A program made the translations under genes and the position numbers. Below, one piece after another: positions 43,643 to 53,589 of a stretch of 64,000 nt of DNA (within the stretch, counting starts at the first letter, position 1; every line of letters begins with the position of its first letter). Under the pieces are notes generated by a model, which was not told the origin of the DNA, ran no database searches, and worked only from the letters and a program-made list of their open reading frames with translations. Source of the DNA: Acidobacteriota bacterium. GTDB taxonomy: Bacteria; Acidobacteriota; Vicinamibacteria; Vicinamibacterales; SCN-69-37. Where the stretch lies: positions 330-64,329 of the forward strand of contig SHUF01000009.1 in NCBI GenBank assembly GCA_009694745.1. Reading direction: 5' to 3'.

Positions 43643-46417
43643 ATGACTCTACGAGGATTACCCGGCCTGATCTTACTGGCGGCGGTGCTGTTGATTGCCG
43701 TCCCTTCCGCCACGGCGTACTACACCGATTGGCTGTGGTTCCAGGAACTGGGTTACCAGGGCGTGTTCCTGCGCACGCTCAACGCGCAGGCCCTGGTGTT
43801 CACGGCCACGTTCACGATCGCGTTCGTCTTCCTCTTCTTTAACCTGAGGGTGGCGCGCCGGGCGCTCTCGCGCCCGCAATTTGTGCTGGGCACCACCGAA
43901 GACGGCCGGCCGATCGTGATCGAGAGCCGGATGCTGGCGAACCTGCTGCTGCCGGGCGCCCTCATCGTGTCGTTTGGCCTGGCGCTGAGTGCGTCGAACA
44001 ACTGGCTCCAGTGGCTGAGCGCCCTCAACGCCGAGCCGTTTGGCGACAAGGACGTCTTGTTTGGCCGTGACGTGGCGTTCTACGTGTTCCAGATGCCCGT
44101 GTTCGACATGATCCGCCAGCAGGCATTGGTACTGGCGGTGCTGGCCCTGGGCGCGTCGGGCTTTCTCTATCTGCTCTCGGGCAACATCGTCATGGAGCCC
44201 CGCCACGGCGTCGCGTTCTGGCCGCGCCTGAATCTGGCGTCAACCGCGCGGCGCCATCTTTCGCTGCTGCTGGCGTTGTTGCTGGCGCTGATGGCATGGG
44301 GCACGTGGTTGGAATTGCCGCGCACGCTCATTACCGGCGCCGTCACCAACGTCGTGTTCGGCGCCTCCTACACGGACGTGTACGCGCGTGTGCCGTTCCT
44401 GCGGGTGAGCCTGGTCGTGATGTCGCTGGCCAGCCTGCTCTCGTTCTGGCAGGCGTTTGCGCCGCAGCGCTGGCTGCTGCCGTTGGCCATCGGCGCTTAC
44501 GTCGTGGTGTCAACGGCCGGCGGGCTGTATGCCAGCTTTGTGCAGCGCTTCGTGGTCACGCCCAACGAGCAGACCACCGAGCAGCCGTACATCCTCAACA
44601 ACATTGCGGCCACGCGAAAAGCCTACGCGCTCGACCGCGTGGAAGAACGGCCGCTGTCGGGTGATGCCGCGCTCTCGGCTGACGACATTATCGCGAACGC
44701 CGGTACGATCGAAAACGTGCGCCTCTGGGATCACCAGCCGCTGCTGCAGACGTTCGGCCAGCTGCAGGAAATCAGGCCCTACTACGATTTTGTCAACGTC
44801 GATAACGACCGATACACGCTGGATGGCAAATACCGACAGGTGATGCTGTCGCTCCGGGAGATGAACACCGAGTTGTTGTCGAATCGATCGTGGGTCAACG
44901 AGCGGCTCACGTTCACGCACGGGTACGGCCTGACCCTGGGGCCCGTCAACGAAGTGACGTCAGTCGGCCAGCCCGTCTTATTTGTGCGCGACCTGCCGCC
45001 GGTTACTACAGTTGATCTGAAGATCGACGAGCCCAGTATTTACTACGGTGAGAAGTCGAGTGACTACGTGTTGGTCAAGACCCAACAGCCCGAGTTCCAC
45101 TATCCGAAGGGCGAAGACAACGTCACGAGCGCCTATAACGGCACTGGCGGCGTGGAACTGGGCGGGCTCTTCCGTCGGTTGCTGTTTGCTATCCGGTTCG
45201 GCGCCACGAATATCGTGGTGACGTCACAACTCACGGCCGAGAGCCGGATCATGTTCCGCCGGCAGATCGAGGAGCGTGTACGGGCCATCGCGCCGTTTCT
45301 CCAGTACGACGCGGACCCGTATCCGGTGGTCGCCGACGGCCGGCTCTTCTGGATTCAGGATGCGTACACGACCACTACCAACTATCCCTATGCCACCCCC
45401 TTCGGCGCACGCGGGATCAACTACCTGCGCAACTCCGTAAAGGTTGTGATCGACGCGTACCACGGGTCTACCGCGTTTTACCTCTGGGAGCCGACCGACC
45501 CGATCGCCATGACCATCAATCGTATCTTCCCCGGGTTGCTCAGGCCGATGGACGAAATGCCCAAGGCGCTGCGGTCGCACGTTCGGTACCCCGAGGAAAT
45601 TTTCAAGGTGCAGGCGGCGGCCTTCGCCACCTTCCACATGACCAATCCGCAGGTCTTCTACAACAAGGAAGACCAGTGGCAGGTGCCGGTGATCGACGAC
45701 GAGGGTAGCGCGACGCCCATGCAGCCTTACTACACGATCATGCGACTGCCCGGTGAGAAGGGCACGGAGTTCATCCAGATGCTGCCGTTCACACCGCGCC
45801 TGAAAGACAATCTGGCGGCCTGGATGGTCGCGCGCAGTGACGGCGAGAACTACGGCCGGCTGATGGTCTTCCAGTTCCCGAAGCAGAAAGTGGTGTTCGG
45901 TCCCAGGCAGATTGTGGCGCGCATCAACCAGGATCAGGTGATCTCTCCGCAGATTACGCTTTGGAACCAGCAGGGGTCCACCGTCATTCAGGGCACGCTG
46001 CTGGTCATTCCCATCAACGAGTCGCTGCTGTACGTCAGGCCGTTGTACCTGCGGTCAGCCGGCGGCAGGATCCCGGAACTCAAGCGGGTCATTGTGGCGT
46101 ACCAGGATCAGATCGTGATGGCGGAGACGCTCAACCAGGGCCTGGTGCAGATCTTCGGCCGTTCTGTGGCCACAGCCTTGTCGCCTGACGTGCGCATGGT
46201 TGACGACGCCGTTGAGCCGGCGGTGCCAGGCGCTGGCGTAACCACTCCGACGCCGGTCGTGGGTGCGCCGTCCGATCTCGCCGCGCTGGCCGCACTGGCG
46301 AACAGCCACTTCGAACGCGCCACCGTCGCCCAGCGCGAGGGCAACTGGGCGCTCTACGGCGACGAGATGAAAAAGCTCGGAGAAGTCCTCGCTCAGATGG
46401 ACAAGATCAGGAAGTAG
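43643..46417 (+). CDS. UPF0182 family membrane protein
   Basis: YTDWLWF, NVRLWD, FTHGYG, YDADPY, NYLRNSVK, RYPE, LYVRPLYL. Confidence 0.92.
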   Translation: MTLRGLPGLILLAAVLLIAVPSATAYYTDWLWFQELGYQGVFLRTLNAQALVFTATFTIAFVFLFFNLRVARRALSRPQFVLGTTEDGRPIVIESRMLANLLLPGALIVSFGLALSASNNWLQWLSALNAEPFGDKDVLFGRDVAFYVFQMPVFDMIRQQALVLAVLALGASGFLYLLSGNIVMEPRHGVAFWPRLNLASTARRHLSLLLALLLALMAWGTWLELPRTLITGAVTNVVFGASYTDVYARVPFLRVSLVVMSLASLLSFWQAFAPQRWLLPLAIGAYVVVSTAGGLYASFVQRFVVTPNEQTTEQPYILNNIAATRKAYALDRVEERPLSGDAALSADDIIANAGTIENVRLWDHQPLLQTFGQLQEIRPYYDFVNVDNDRYTLDGKYRQVMLSLREMNTELLSNRSWVNERLTFTHGYGLTLGPVNEVTSVGQPVLFVRDLPPVTTVDLKIDEPSIYYGEKSSDYVLVKTQQPEFHYPKGEDNVTSAYNGTGGVELGGLFRRLLFAIRFGATNIVVTSQLTAESRIMFRRQIEERVRAIAPFLQYDADPYPVVADGRLFWIQDAYTTTTNYPYATPFGARGINYLRNSVKVVIDAYHGSTAFYLWEPTDPIAMTINRIFPGLLRPMDEMPKALRSHVRYPEEIFKVQAAAFATFHMTNPQVFYNKEDQWQVPVIDDEGSATPMQPYYTIMRLPGEKGTEFIQMLPFTPRLKDNLAAWMVARSDGENYGRLMVFQFPKQKVVFGPRQIVARINQDQVISPQITLWNQQGSTVIQGTLLVIPINESLLYVRPLYLRSAGGRIPELKRVIVAYQDQIVMAETLNQGLVQIFGRSVATALSPDVRMVDDAVEPAVPGAGVTTPTPVVGAPSDLAALAALANSHFERATVAQREGNWALYGDEMKKLGEVLAQMDKIRK

Positions 46418-46427
46418 CACACGAGGC

Positions 46428-47009
46428 ATGACGATGCAGACGTTTTTAGTGACGGTTCTCATGTTCGTGGCCGCGCAGGCGCCGCAAGGCCTGAATGGCG
46501 GCGCCATTTTTGACCAGGGAAAGACCTATGAGGACTTCCTGGCTGCGGCCGATTCTCGGCCTGAGGTCTGGAAGGGCAACACGAATCGGAGTCGGCCATC
46601 GGCCGCGCTCGTGGACCGCTTGAAGAAGGCGGGCGAAGGCCTGCGGTTCGTGGTGGTGGCCACGGCCGCGTGCAGCGACACCGTGCACACGGTGCCCTAC
46701 GTCGCGGTGCTCGCCCGCGAGGCCGGCGTCCCCCTCCGCGTCGTGGACCCCACGGTGGGCCGTCCCATCCAAGACGCGTTCAAGACGCCCGACGGTCGGG
46801 GCGCCACCGCCACCATCGCTGTGCTGCGCGGCGACAAGATCGTGGGCGCGTGGGTGGAGCGCCCTGTCGCGCTTCAGACATGGATCCTCGGTCCTGGCTC
46901 GTCACTTTCGCAGGCCGAGCGCATGGATCGGAAGTTCGGCTGGTACGAGTGGGACCGCGGCGAATCGACCATCGTCGAACTGGTGGAACTCGTCGAACGC
47001 CTCCGTTGA
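46428..47009 (+). CDS. Exported thioredoxin-like protein (single-Cys variant)
   Basis: Signal-like N-terminus; VVATAACSDT; WVERP. Confidence 0.65.
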   Translation: MTMQTFLVTVLMFVAAQAPQGLNGGAIFDQGKTYEDFLAAADSRPEVWKGNTNRSRPSAALVDRLKKAGEGLRFVVVATAACSDTVHTVPYVAVLAREAGVPLRVVDPTVGRPIQDAFKTPDGRGATATIAVLRGDKIVGAWVERPVALQTWILGPGSSLSQAERMDRKFGWYEWDRGESTIVELVELVERLR

Positions 47010-47016
47010 TCCTCCT

Positions 47017-47331
47017 GTGAGCAACGACCAGTCTCAACTCGACGACAACGTCAAAGAGCGGGTCGTTCCCAAAAAAGACACCCCGAAGCTCTACAAAGTG
47101 GTGCTGATGAATGACGACTACTCCACGATGGAGTTCGTCGTGCTGGTGCTGGAAGGCGTGTTCCAGAAGTCGCCGGCCGAGGCCTACCGCGTGATGATGC
47201 AGGTGCACCGCCTCGGTTCTGGCGTGGCCGGGGTGTATCCGTGGGAAGTGGCCGAGACGAAAGTAGAAACGGTCACGAAGATGGCGAAAGATGCCGGCTA
47301 TCCCCTCCGCGCCGTCACCGAGGAAGCCTAA
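47017..47331 (+). CDS. clpS: ATP-dependent Clp protease adaptor
   Basis: YKVVLMNDDYSTMEFV, MMQVH, AETK, YPL. Confidence 0.95.
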   Translation: MSNDQSQLDDNVKERVVPKKDTPKLYKVVLMNDDYSTMEFVVLVLEGVFQKSPAEAYRVMMQVHRLGSGVAGVYPWEVAETKVETVTKMAKDAGYPLRAVTEEA

Positions 47332-47335
47332 CGCC

Positions 47336-48805
47336 TCATCGCACCGGGAACGTCGTGGACAATTCCGTGATGAGCGCCTGGCGGATGTCGCGCAGATCCG
47401 TGATGTCGCCAATCAGCGGGTGCGTGCGGGTGAGGAACGCCATGTTGGTTTCGCGTCCGGTCATGAGGAACTCCGGCATCGCCACCGTGTAGCGCATGGA
47501 GGGGGCCAGCGGGCGGCCCTGCACCATCCAGCGGTCGCCTTCCTTCGAGATGCCCCACGTGTTCAGGTAGCCGCCGTTGCCCTGATTCTGGATCCCAGCC
47601 TCAAGGACCTTCACGAGGAGCGACCCCGGCATCGACACGCGCGTCACTGCGCCGCCGAACGGCAGCGTGCGGATGACGTCGTATTCCGTCACCGGTCCCG
47701 CGGGCAGCTCATCGTCTATCCGGATCGCTCCGCCGTTGATGATGGCCACGTCCACCGGCGCCGCTTCGCGCGCGAGCGCGTCGGCAATCACTTTGGTGAG
47801 GCTGCCCGGTCGGTTGCGCACGGCGGACTGCCGGCCATCCAAACTGGAGGGCAGCGTTGCCACCACCTGCGTGGGATCGAAACCGGCGCTCTTGAAGGCG
47901 TCGAATGCCGTTGTGGTCCAGCGCGTGACCTCGGCATCCACTACCGAATCGGCGGTGATTTCACTGGTGATGGGCTTGAGGCGCACCGACACTTCGGGCC
48001 GGTGTCCCTGCGGGAACGTCATGCTGACCAGAGCGAGCGTGCGCACGTTGGCGTCGGCTTTGACGATGGGTGTGAGTCGTGCACCGCGGTGAACCAGCCA
48101 GTTTTCATGTTCGTGGCCGCCGAGCGCCACGTCGATGTCTGGCACAGCCGCGACCAGGGCCTCGTCGCCGCTTAGTGGCAGATGGGTGAGCGCGATGATC
48201 GCGTCGATCTGGCCGGTCGCACGCATCTTTGCGATAGCCGCTTTCGCGGCTTCGATGGGCGGCGCAAAACGCACCCACGGCTTGGGCTCTTCGAGCGTGA
48301 CGCCGATAAGTCCGATGCGGAGTGACTGGCCGCCGACGTTCACCGGGACGACGGCGAAGTCTTCCGTGTTGGGAAACATCGCACCCGTGGCGTCTGTCAC
48401 GTTTGAGATGACGACCTTGAAGCGCGACTGCTGCATGCGCGCGCGGAACGCAGGTTCGAGCAGGTCGAACTCGTGGTTGCCGAGGGTGGCCCACTCGAGG
48501 CCGACCGCGTTCAGCACGTCCACCATCTGGCGCCCTGCGATGGGTTCGCCGTCGATGCGGGGAACGGCCAGGGCCGATGGCGAAAGGTAATCGCCGCCCA
48601 GAGTCACCATGACAGGTGAGTTCGTTCGACGCAGATCCTTGATGACCGTGGCGACGCGGGCAAGGCCGCCCACGCGTCCGCCTTCCACCGGGCCAATCTC
48701 ATAGACATCGTTGAAATGCGCGATGGTCAGGGCCGCAGGGGGAGTCTGGCCGCATGCGAGGGGCGACAGCAGCAGGACCAGCAGAAGCAGACGGGAGCGG
48801 GACAT
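47336..48805 (-). CDS. Bifunctional metallophosphatase/5'-nucleotidase lipoprotein
   Basis: Lipobox PLAC; HFNDVY, GGD, GNHEFD, LTH, GGHEH; C-terminal NGGAIR, LPFG. Confidence 0.92.
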   Translation of the reverse strand: MSRSRLLLLVLLLSPLACGQTPPAALTIAHFNDVYEIGPVEGGRVGGLARVATVIKDLRRTNSPVMVTLGGDYLSPSALAVPRIDGEPIAGRQMVDVLNAVGLEWATLGNHEFDLLEPAFRARMQQSRFKVVISNVTDATGAMFPNTEDFAVVPVNVGGQSLRIGLIGVTLEEPKPWVRFAPPIEAAKAAIAKMRATGQIDAIIALTHLPLSGDEALVAAVPDIDVALGGHEHENWLVHRGARLTPIVKADANVRTLALVSMTFPQGHRPEVSVRLKPITSEITADSVVDAEVTRWTTTAFDAFKSAGFDPTQVVATLPSSLDGRQSAVRNRPGSLTKVIADALAREAAPVDVAIINGGAIRIDDELPAGPVTEYDVIRTLPFGGAVTRVSMPGSLLVKVLEAGIQNQGNGGYLNTWGISKEGDRWMVQGRPLAPSMRYTVAMPEFLMTGRETNMAFLTRTHPLIGDITDLRDIRQALITELSTTFPVR

Positions 48806-48834
48806 ACAGAAAAATACTCCATAATCAGATCACC

Positions 48835-51117
48835 GTGTTTTCCACGTCCCTTGAAATCGTGCTGACCATTGCGTACCGCGAGGCGGTGTCGCGCCGGCAT
48901 GCCTACCTGACGCTTGAGCACCTGCTGTTTGCGCTGGCGAACGATCCGAATGGTGAACGCATTCTGGCCGCCTGTGGCGCGGACCTGACGAAGCTGCGCT
49001 CCGACCTGGGCAGCTATCTGGACGAGTCGATCGAAGAAATGAAGCGCGGCGAGGAACGCGAGCCGGAACAGACGGCGGCGTTCCGGCGGGTGCTGCAGAC
49101 GGCGGTGCTGCACGTGCAGAGCGCGCAGAAGCCCGAGGTGCAGGCCGGTGACGTGCTGGCGGCAATCCTGCAACAGCCTCGCAGTCAGGCGGCGCGATTG
49201 ATGGCGGCGCAGGGCATCACGCGGCTGGACGTGCTGGAGTATCTGTCGCACGGCATCTCAAAAGTCCCCGCGCCCGATTCGTCCGAGCCCGACGAAACGC
49301 TGGGCACTCCAGAGGGCTTCCAGGGGCCTCAGTCGTCTACGGCAAAGGATCCGCTGGCGGCGTATTGCACGAACCTCACGTTGCGAGCCCAGCAGGGGAA
49401 GCTTGATCCACTCGTGGGTCGCGTGGCCGAGCTGCAGCGGACGATCGAAGTGTTGTGCCGGCGTCGCAAGAACAATCCAGTGTTTGTGGGTGAGGCCGGC
49501 GTGGGTAAGACCGCGATGGCTGAGGGGCTGGCGCAACGGCTGCTTGAGCCTGGCGTGCCGTCCATCCTGCGCGACGCCGAGGTGTTTTCGCTCGACACGG
49601 CCGGGCTGCTCGCGGGCACACGGTTCCGCGGCGACTTCGAGGAGCGCTTCAAGGCCGTCATCAAGGCCCTGGCCGCGCGACCGAAGTCGATTCTCTTCAT
49701 CGACGAAATCCATTCGGCCGTCGGCGCCGGCGCCACCACGGGCGGCACGATGGATTTGGCCACGCTCATCAAGCCCATCTTGACCGCGGGTGACTTGCGG
49801 GTGATTGGATCGACCACGTTCGAGGAGTTCAAACACGTCGAAAAGGATCGGGCGCTGGCGCGGCGACTGCAGCGCATCACCATTGACGAGCCGTCGGTGG
49901 ACGAGACGGTGAAGATCCTAGCGGGCCTCAAGAGCCGGTATGAAGCGCATCACGACGTGGTGTACGAGGACGCGACGCTTGAGGCCGCGGCAAAGCTGGC
50001 CTCGCGGCACCTGCGCGATTCGCGGCTGCCCGACAGCGCGATTGACGTCATTGACGAGGCCGGCGCCGTGAGCCGTCTGAGCCGTGCGGATGACGATGGG
50101 GCGGGGCCGGCGACGATTACGCAGGCTGAGGTGGAAGCCGTGGTGGCGCGGATGGCGCGGATTCCTGCGCGACAGGCGTCGGCGTCAGACCGCGAACGGC
50201 TGCGTACGCTGCAGGAGTCGCTGGAGCGCGTGGTGTTCGGGCAGTCTGATGCGGTGAAGCTGGCGGCGCAGGCCATCAAGCGATCGCGGGCGGGTCTGGG
50301 CGCGCCGGAGCGGCCCGCCGGATGTTTCCTGTTCATGGGGCCCACCGGGGTGGGCAAGACCGAGTTGGCGAAGCAGCTGGCGTTGCAGTTGGGCAATGAG
50401 TTCTTGCGTTTCGACATGAGTGAGTACATGGAGAAACATGCGGTGGCCCGGCTCATCGGCGCGCCGCCAGGGTATGTGGGGTTTGAGCAGGGTGGTCTGC
50501 TGGTGGACGCGGTGCGCACGCATCCCTATAGCGTGGTGCTCCTGGATGAAATCGAGAAGGCGCACCCCGATGTGTTCAACATCCTGTTGCAGGTGATGGA
50601 CCACGCGACCCTGACCGACAACACCGGCCGCAAGGCGGACTTCCGGAACACGGTGCTTATTCTCACGTCCAATGCCGGGTCGCGCGAGCTCAGCTCGTCG
50701 GCGATCGGGTTTGCGGATGGCGGGGATGTCAGCGGCGGGTCGTCGAAGGAAAGCCGGTCAAAATCCGCGGTGGAGCGCATCTTCTCGCCCGAGTTCCGCA
50801 ATCGTCTCGACGCTATTGTCACATTCAAGGCGCTGGCGCCAGAGGCGATGGAGATGATTGTGGAGAAGTTCATCCTCCAGCTCGAGGCGCAGCTGGCCGA
50901 GCGACGTGTGGCCATTACGCTGGAGCCATCCGCCCGCGAGTGGTTGGCGAAGAAGGGCTACGACCCGATCTACGGCGCGCGGCCGCTTGCCCGCGTTGTC
51001 CAGCGCGAGGTGCGCGATCGCCTCACGGACGAGATCCTGTTCGGCCAGCTCGAAAACGGCGGCACCGTGGTCATTGCCACTGAAGCCGACGCCCTGAGTT
51101 TCTCTTTTTCAGCGTAA
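48835..51117 (+). CDS. clpA: ATP-dependent Clp protease ATP-binding subunit
   Basis: Probable GTG start 48835; EHLL, GEAGVGKT, LARRLQ, GPTGVGKT, LLDEIEKAH, GARPL; no coiled-coil middle domain. Confidence 0.95.
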   Translation: MFSTSLEIVLTIAYREAVSRRHAYLTLEHLLFALANDPNGERILAACGADLTKLRSDLGSYLDESIEEMKRGEEREPEQTAAFRRVLQTAVLHVQSAQKPEVQAGDVLAAILQQPRSQAARLMAAQGITRLDVLEYLSHGISKVPAPDSSEPDETLGTPEGFQGPQSSTAKDPLAAYCTNLTLRAQQGKLDPLVGRVAELQRTIEVLCRRRKNNPVFVGEAGVGKTAMAEGLAQRLLEPGVPSILRDAEVFSLDTAGLLAGTRFRGDFEERFKAVIKALAARPKSILFIDEIHSAVGAGATTGGTMDLATLIKPILTAGDLRVIGSTTFEEFKHVEKDRALARRLQRITIDEPSVDETVKILAGLKSRYEAHHDVVYEDATLEAAAKLASRHLRDSRLPDSAIDVIDEAGAVSRLSRADDDGAGPATITQAEVEAVVARMARIPARQASASDRERLRTLQESLERVVFGQSDAVKLAAQAIKRSRAGLGAPERPAGCFLFMGPTGVGKTELAKQLALQLGNEFLRFDMSEYMEKHAVARLIGAPPGYVGFEQGGLLVDAVRTHPYSVVLLDEIEKAHPDVFNILLQVMDHATLTDNTGRKADFRNTVLILTSNAGSRELSSSAIGFADGGDVSGGSSKESRSKSAVERIFSPEFRNRLDAIVTFKALAPEAMEMIVEKFILQLEAQLAERRVAITLEPSAREWLAKKGYDPIYGARPLARVVQREVRDRLTDEILFGQLENGGTVVIATEADALSFSFSA

Positions 51118-51154
51118 CCTGTGGTTTCTCAGTTCCCCAGTTCCCAATTTCTGT

Positions 51155-51709
51155 ATGTCTGATATGAAGGTGACCGACCGCCGCTGGTGGGCCCGCGGCG
51201 AATCCGACGGACCAGCGGAGGTGCCGTCGCTGAAGCCGACGATGCTTGAGGAGCTGGAGGCGCGAATTGCCGAGAAGGATCTTGAGATCCAGCAGTTGCT
51301 GACGAAGTATCGGGGTGCGTCCGATGAGTTTGAACAGGCGCGCGCGCGGTTGCGAAAGGAAGTGGGCAAGGATGTGGAGCGTGGTCGCCGGTCGGTGATA
51401 GTCGCGTTCCTCGAGGTGCTGGACAACCTCGATCGCGCGCTTGAAGTGGGCGCCGGCCCCGGCTCGGAAGGGTTCGTCCAGGGCGTGGCGCTTGTGCGCC
51501 AGCAGTTCATTTCCACGCTCGAGGGTTTGGGTGTCACGCGCGTTGATCCGCTGAATCAACCTTTCGATCCCGCCAAACACGAGGCCGTCTCGACCGCTCC
51601 AGCGGCTTCGCCTGATCACGACGGCCGAGTCATCGGCGTGGTGCGCCCCGGCTACGTGATGGGCGACGAAGTCCTCCGCCCCGCTCAAGTCGCCGTCGCG
51701 CGTTCGTAG
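51155..51709 (+). CDS. grpE: Nucleotide exchange factor GrpE
   Basis: LEVLDNLDRAL, PFDPAKHEAV, GY...VLRPAQVAV. Confidence 0.9.
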   Translation: MSDMKVTDRRWWARGESDGPAEVPSLKPTMLEELEARIAEKDLEIQQLLTKYRGASDEFEQARARLRKEVGKDVERGRRSVIVAFLEVLDNLDRALEVGAGPGSEGFVQGVALVRQQFISTLEGLGVTRVDPLNQPFDPAKHEAVSTAPAASPDHDGRVIGVVRPGYVMGDEVLRPAQVAVARS

Positions 51710-51925
51710 CGCCTGTCTTTCGGAGGGCATGGTCCGCGGAACTGCTGCGGCAAACACGTTCGCTTCGTCCGCTTGCCTGCGACCCTTCGCCCCCGGGCCA
51801 CTCCGCACACGGTGGAGGTGGCCCGTGCAGGCCGCGCTTTCTGCGCGACGGTTTCGCGCTGTCTCCTCAGGCGCGACCATGGCATCACGCCGTCAACAGC
51901 CGCCTGTTGCGAGTCGCCTTGCATT

Positions 51926-51958
51926 CCATTTGACGACGATGCCATCGTCGTCAAATGG
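51926..51958. repeat. Perfect 33-nt palindrome covering the integrase start codon
   Basis: ccatttgacgacgatg-c-catcgtcgtcaaatgg, exact 16-bp arms. Confidence 0.9.
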
Positions 51959-52911
51959 CCGTTGAGCCTCGGAAGCTGCTGGATCAGGTGCGGGATGCCA
52001 TTCGGGCGCGGCACTACAGTCGCCGTACGGAGGAGGCCTACGTCCACTGGATCAGGCGGTACATCCTCTTTCACGGCAAGCAGCATCCGCGCGAGCTTGG
52101 CGCCTCGCATGTCACCGAATTCTTGACGTCCATGGCCGTCCGAGACCACGCGGCGGCGTCGACCCAGAACCAGGCGCTCAGTGGTGTGCTGTTCCTGTAC
52201 CGCGCGGTGCTGCAGCGGGATATTGGTGAGATCGACCACGTGCCAAGGGCGAAGACGCCGCACCACGTGCCTGTAGTGCTGAGCGTTGGCGATGTTCGGC
52301 GAGTGCTTGAGTGTGCCCAGGCTGGTGGCATCGCTGCTGTATGGCGCCGGCCTTCGGCTGTTGGAGTCGCTTGGACTCCGCGTGAAGGATCTCGACTTTG
52401 AGCGGCGCGAGATCATGGTTCGCTGCGGCAAGGGCCAGAAGGACCGGCGCGTGATGCTGCCAGACCGTCTACAAGAATCCCTGCGCGCGCACCTGGCGGC
52501 AGTGAAGCAGCAGCACGAGTCGGACCTCGCCCTGGGTGTGGGACGTGTCGTGCTTTCGGACGCCTTGGAGCGCAAGTTACCAGCGGCGTCGACGGAGTGG
52601 CCATGGCAGTTCGTGTTTCTGGCCAGTCGGATCTGCCGGGATCCCCGATTCGGGCCGCCGTCGCGTGTTCATGTGCATGAATCTGTGATCCAGAAGGCGG
52701 TGACTGGCGGCGCACGGCAAGCCGGCCTCACGGCCAGGGTGAGTTGTCACACCTTTCGGCACTCATTTGCCACCCATCTGCTTGAGTGCGGGTATGACAT
52801 CCGAACGGTGCAGGAGTTGCTTGGCACGCGGACGTGTCGACGACGATGATCTATACGCACGTGCTCAATCGAGGAGGCTTGGGTGTGCGGAGTCCAATGG
52901 ATCGCCTTTGA
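51955..52911 (+). pseudogene. intI: Integron integrase, two frameshifts
   Basis: [34 protein letters not shown], IntI-specific insert ([14 protein letters not shown]...DPR), [12 protein letters not shown], then shifted [12 protein letters not shown]...SPMDRL*; shifts near 52312 and 52825. Confidence 0.92.
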
Positions 52912-53161
52912 TACCGGCGTTACGCGCGAGGCGTTTGCGCGTATTGCCAAATTGGTGACTGGGGCTTCCGAAGGCGGGCCCTTTTGGTTCAGCAGGGTGG
53001 CGCGATCCGGCGGCCTTCGAGGTTCACGCGTTAGCCGCGGCGGCAGGCGTCCATCTCCTTGCGTCGCGTCCAACTGTCTGAGGCCGGTTCCTTTGAGTAC
53101 TAAGTTAACATCCGCAGACTGAGCAAGTTAGAGGGGGAAGCGGCGCGCGGGACGTGAATAT

Positions 53162-53208
53162 GTTAGACGCGGTCCTGAATACGCGGTCTACTCCAAGACT
53201 TGTTAGGC
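53162..53208 (+). mobile_element. Probable attI region
   Basis: Core GTTAGGC 53202-53208 not preceded by an attC hairpin; upstream GTTAGAC 53162-53168 and direct repeat acgcggtc x2. Confidence 0.55.
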
Positions 53209-53244
53209 CGCTGAGCCACCGGCATCCAGTGCGTCGAGCGCGTG

Positions 53245-53273
53245 TTGCGCACTGTATATGATAGGCGTATACT
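53245..53273 (+). promoter_or_regulatory. Cassette-internal sigma70 promoter with autoregulatory inverted repeat
   Basis: TTGCGC-N17-TATACT; GTATA-N9-TATAC (53254-53272); GTG 53281 lies 7 nt after the -10. Confidence 0.75.
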
Positions 53274-53280
53274 GCGGGTC

Positions 53281-53589
53281 GTGGGTGACCTTCCCGACTT
53301 CTTCCCTGACATCGAGGGATTTCAGTGGGACCAGGGGAACTCGTCCAAGAATTGGGCGCGTCATCGGGTGAGCCAGACGGAAGCCGAGCAGGTCTTTCTC
53401 AATCGGCCGCTCGTTGTGGCCGGGGCTCCACTCAAGAACGAGCCGAGGCAATTCGCGTTCGGGCAAACCGATGCCGGACGGCTGCTCACGGTCGTGTTTA
53501 CGATACGGGGTTCCTTGTTGCGTGTGATCTCGGTGCGGCCTATGAGTCGCCGAGAGCGGAGGGGTTATGGCGAAGCGCCCGAAAGCTAG
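53281..53589 (+). CDS. brnT: BrnT family type II toxin (gene cassette)
   Basis: GFQWDQGN..KN..RHRVS..EAEQVF...LTVVFTIR...RVISVRPMSRRER..Y. Confidence 0.9.
   Translation: MGDLPDFFPDIEGFQWDQGNSSKNWARHRVSQTEAEQVFLNRPLVVAGAPLKNEPRQFAFGQTDAGRLLTVVFTIRGSLLRVISVRPMSRRERRGYGEAPES

Noticed and set aside
51710-51925. tRNA or structured ncRNA as integration site before the integron (also checked 52912-53100 and 24030-24179)
   Set aside because: No cloverleaf, T-loop GTTCRA/CCA arrangement or recognisable riboswitch could be identified by eye. An Infernal/Rfam scan would be needed to exclude one.
52300-52840. Programmed frameshifting to express intI
   Set aside because: There are two independent shifts. 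One also loses several codons and the other deletes a base of the conserved His codon (LLGH). No slippery run is present at either site.
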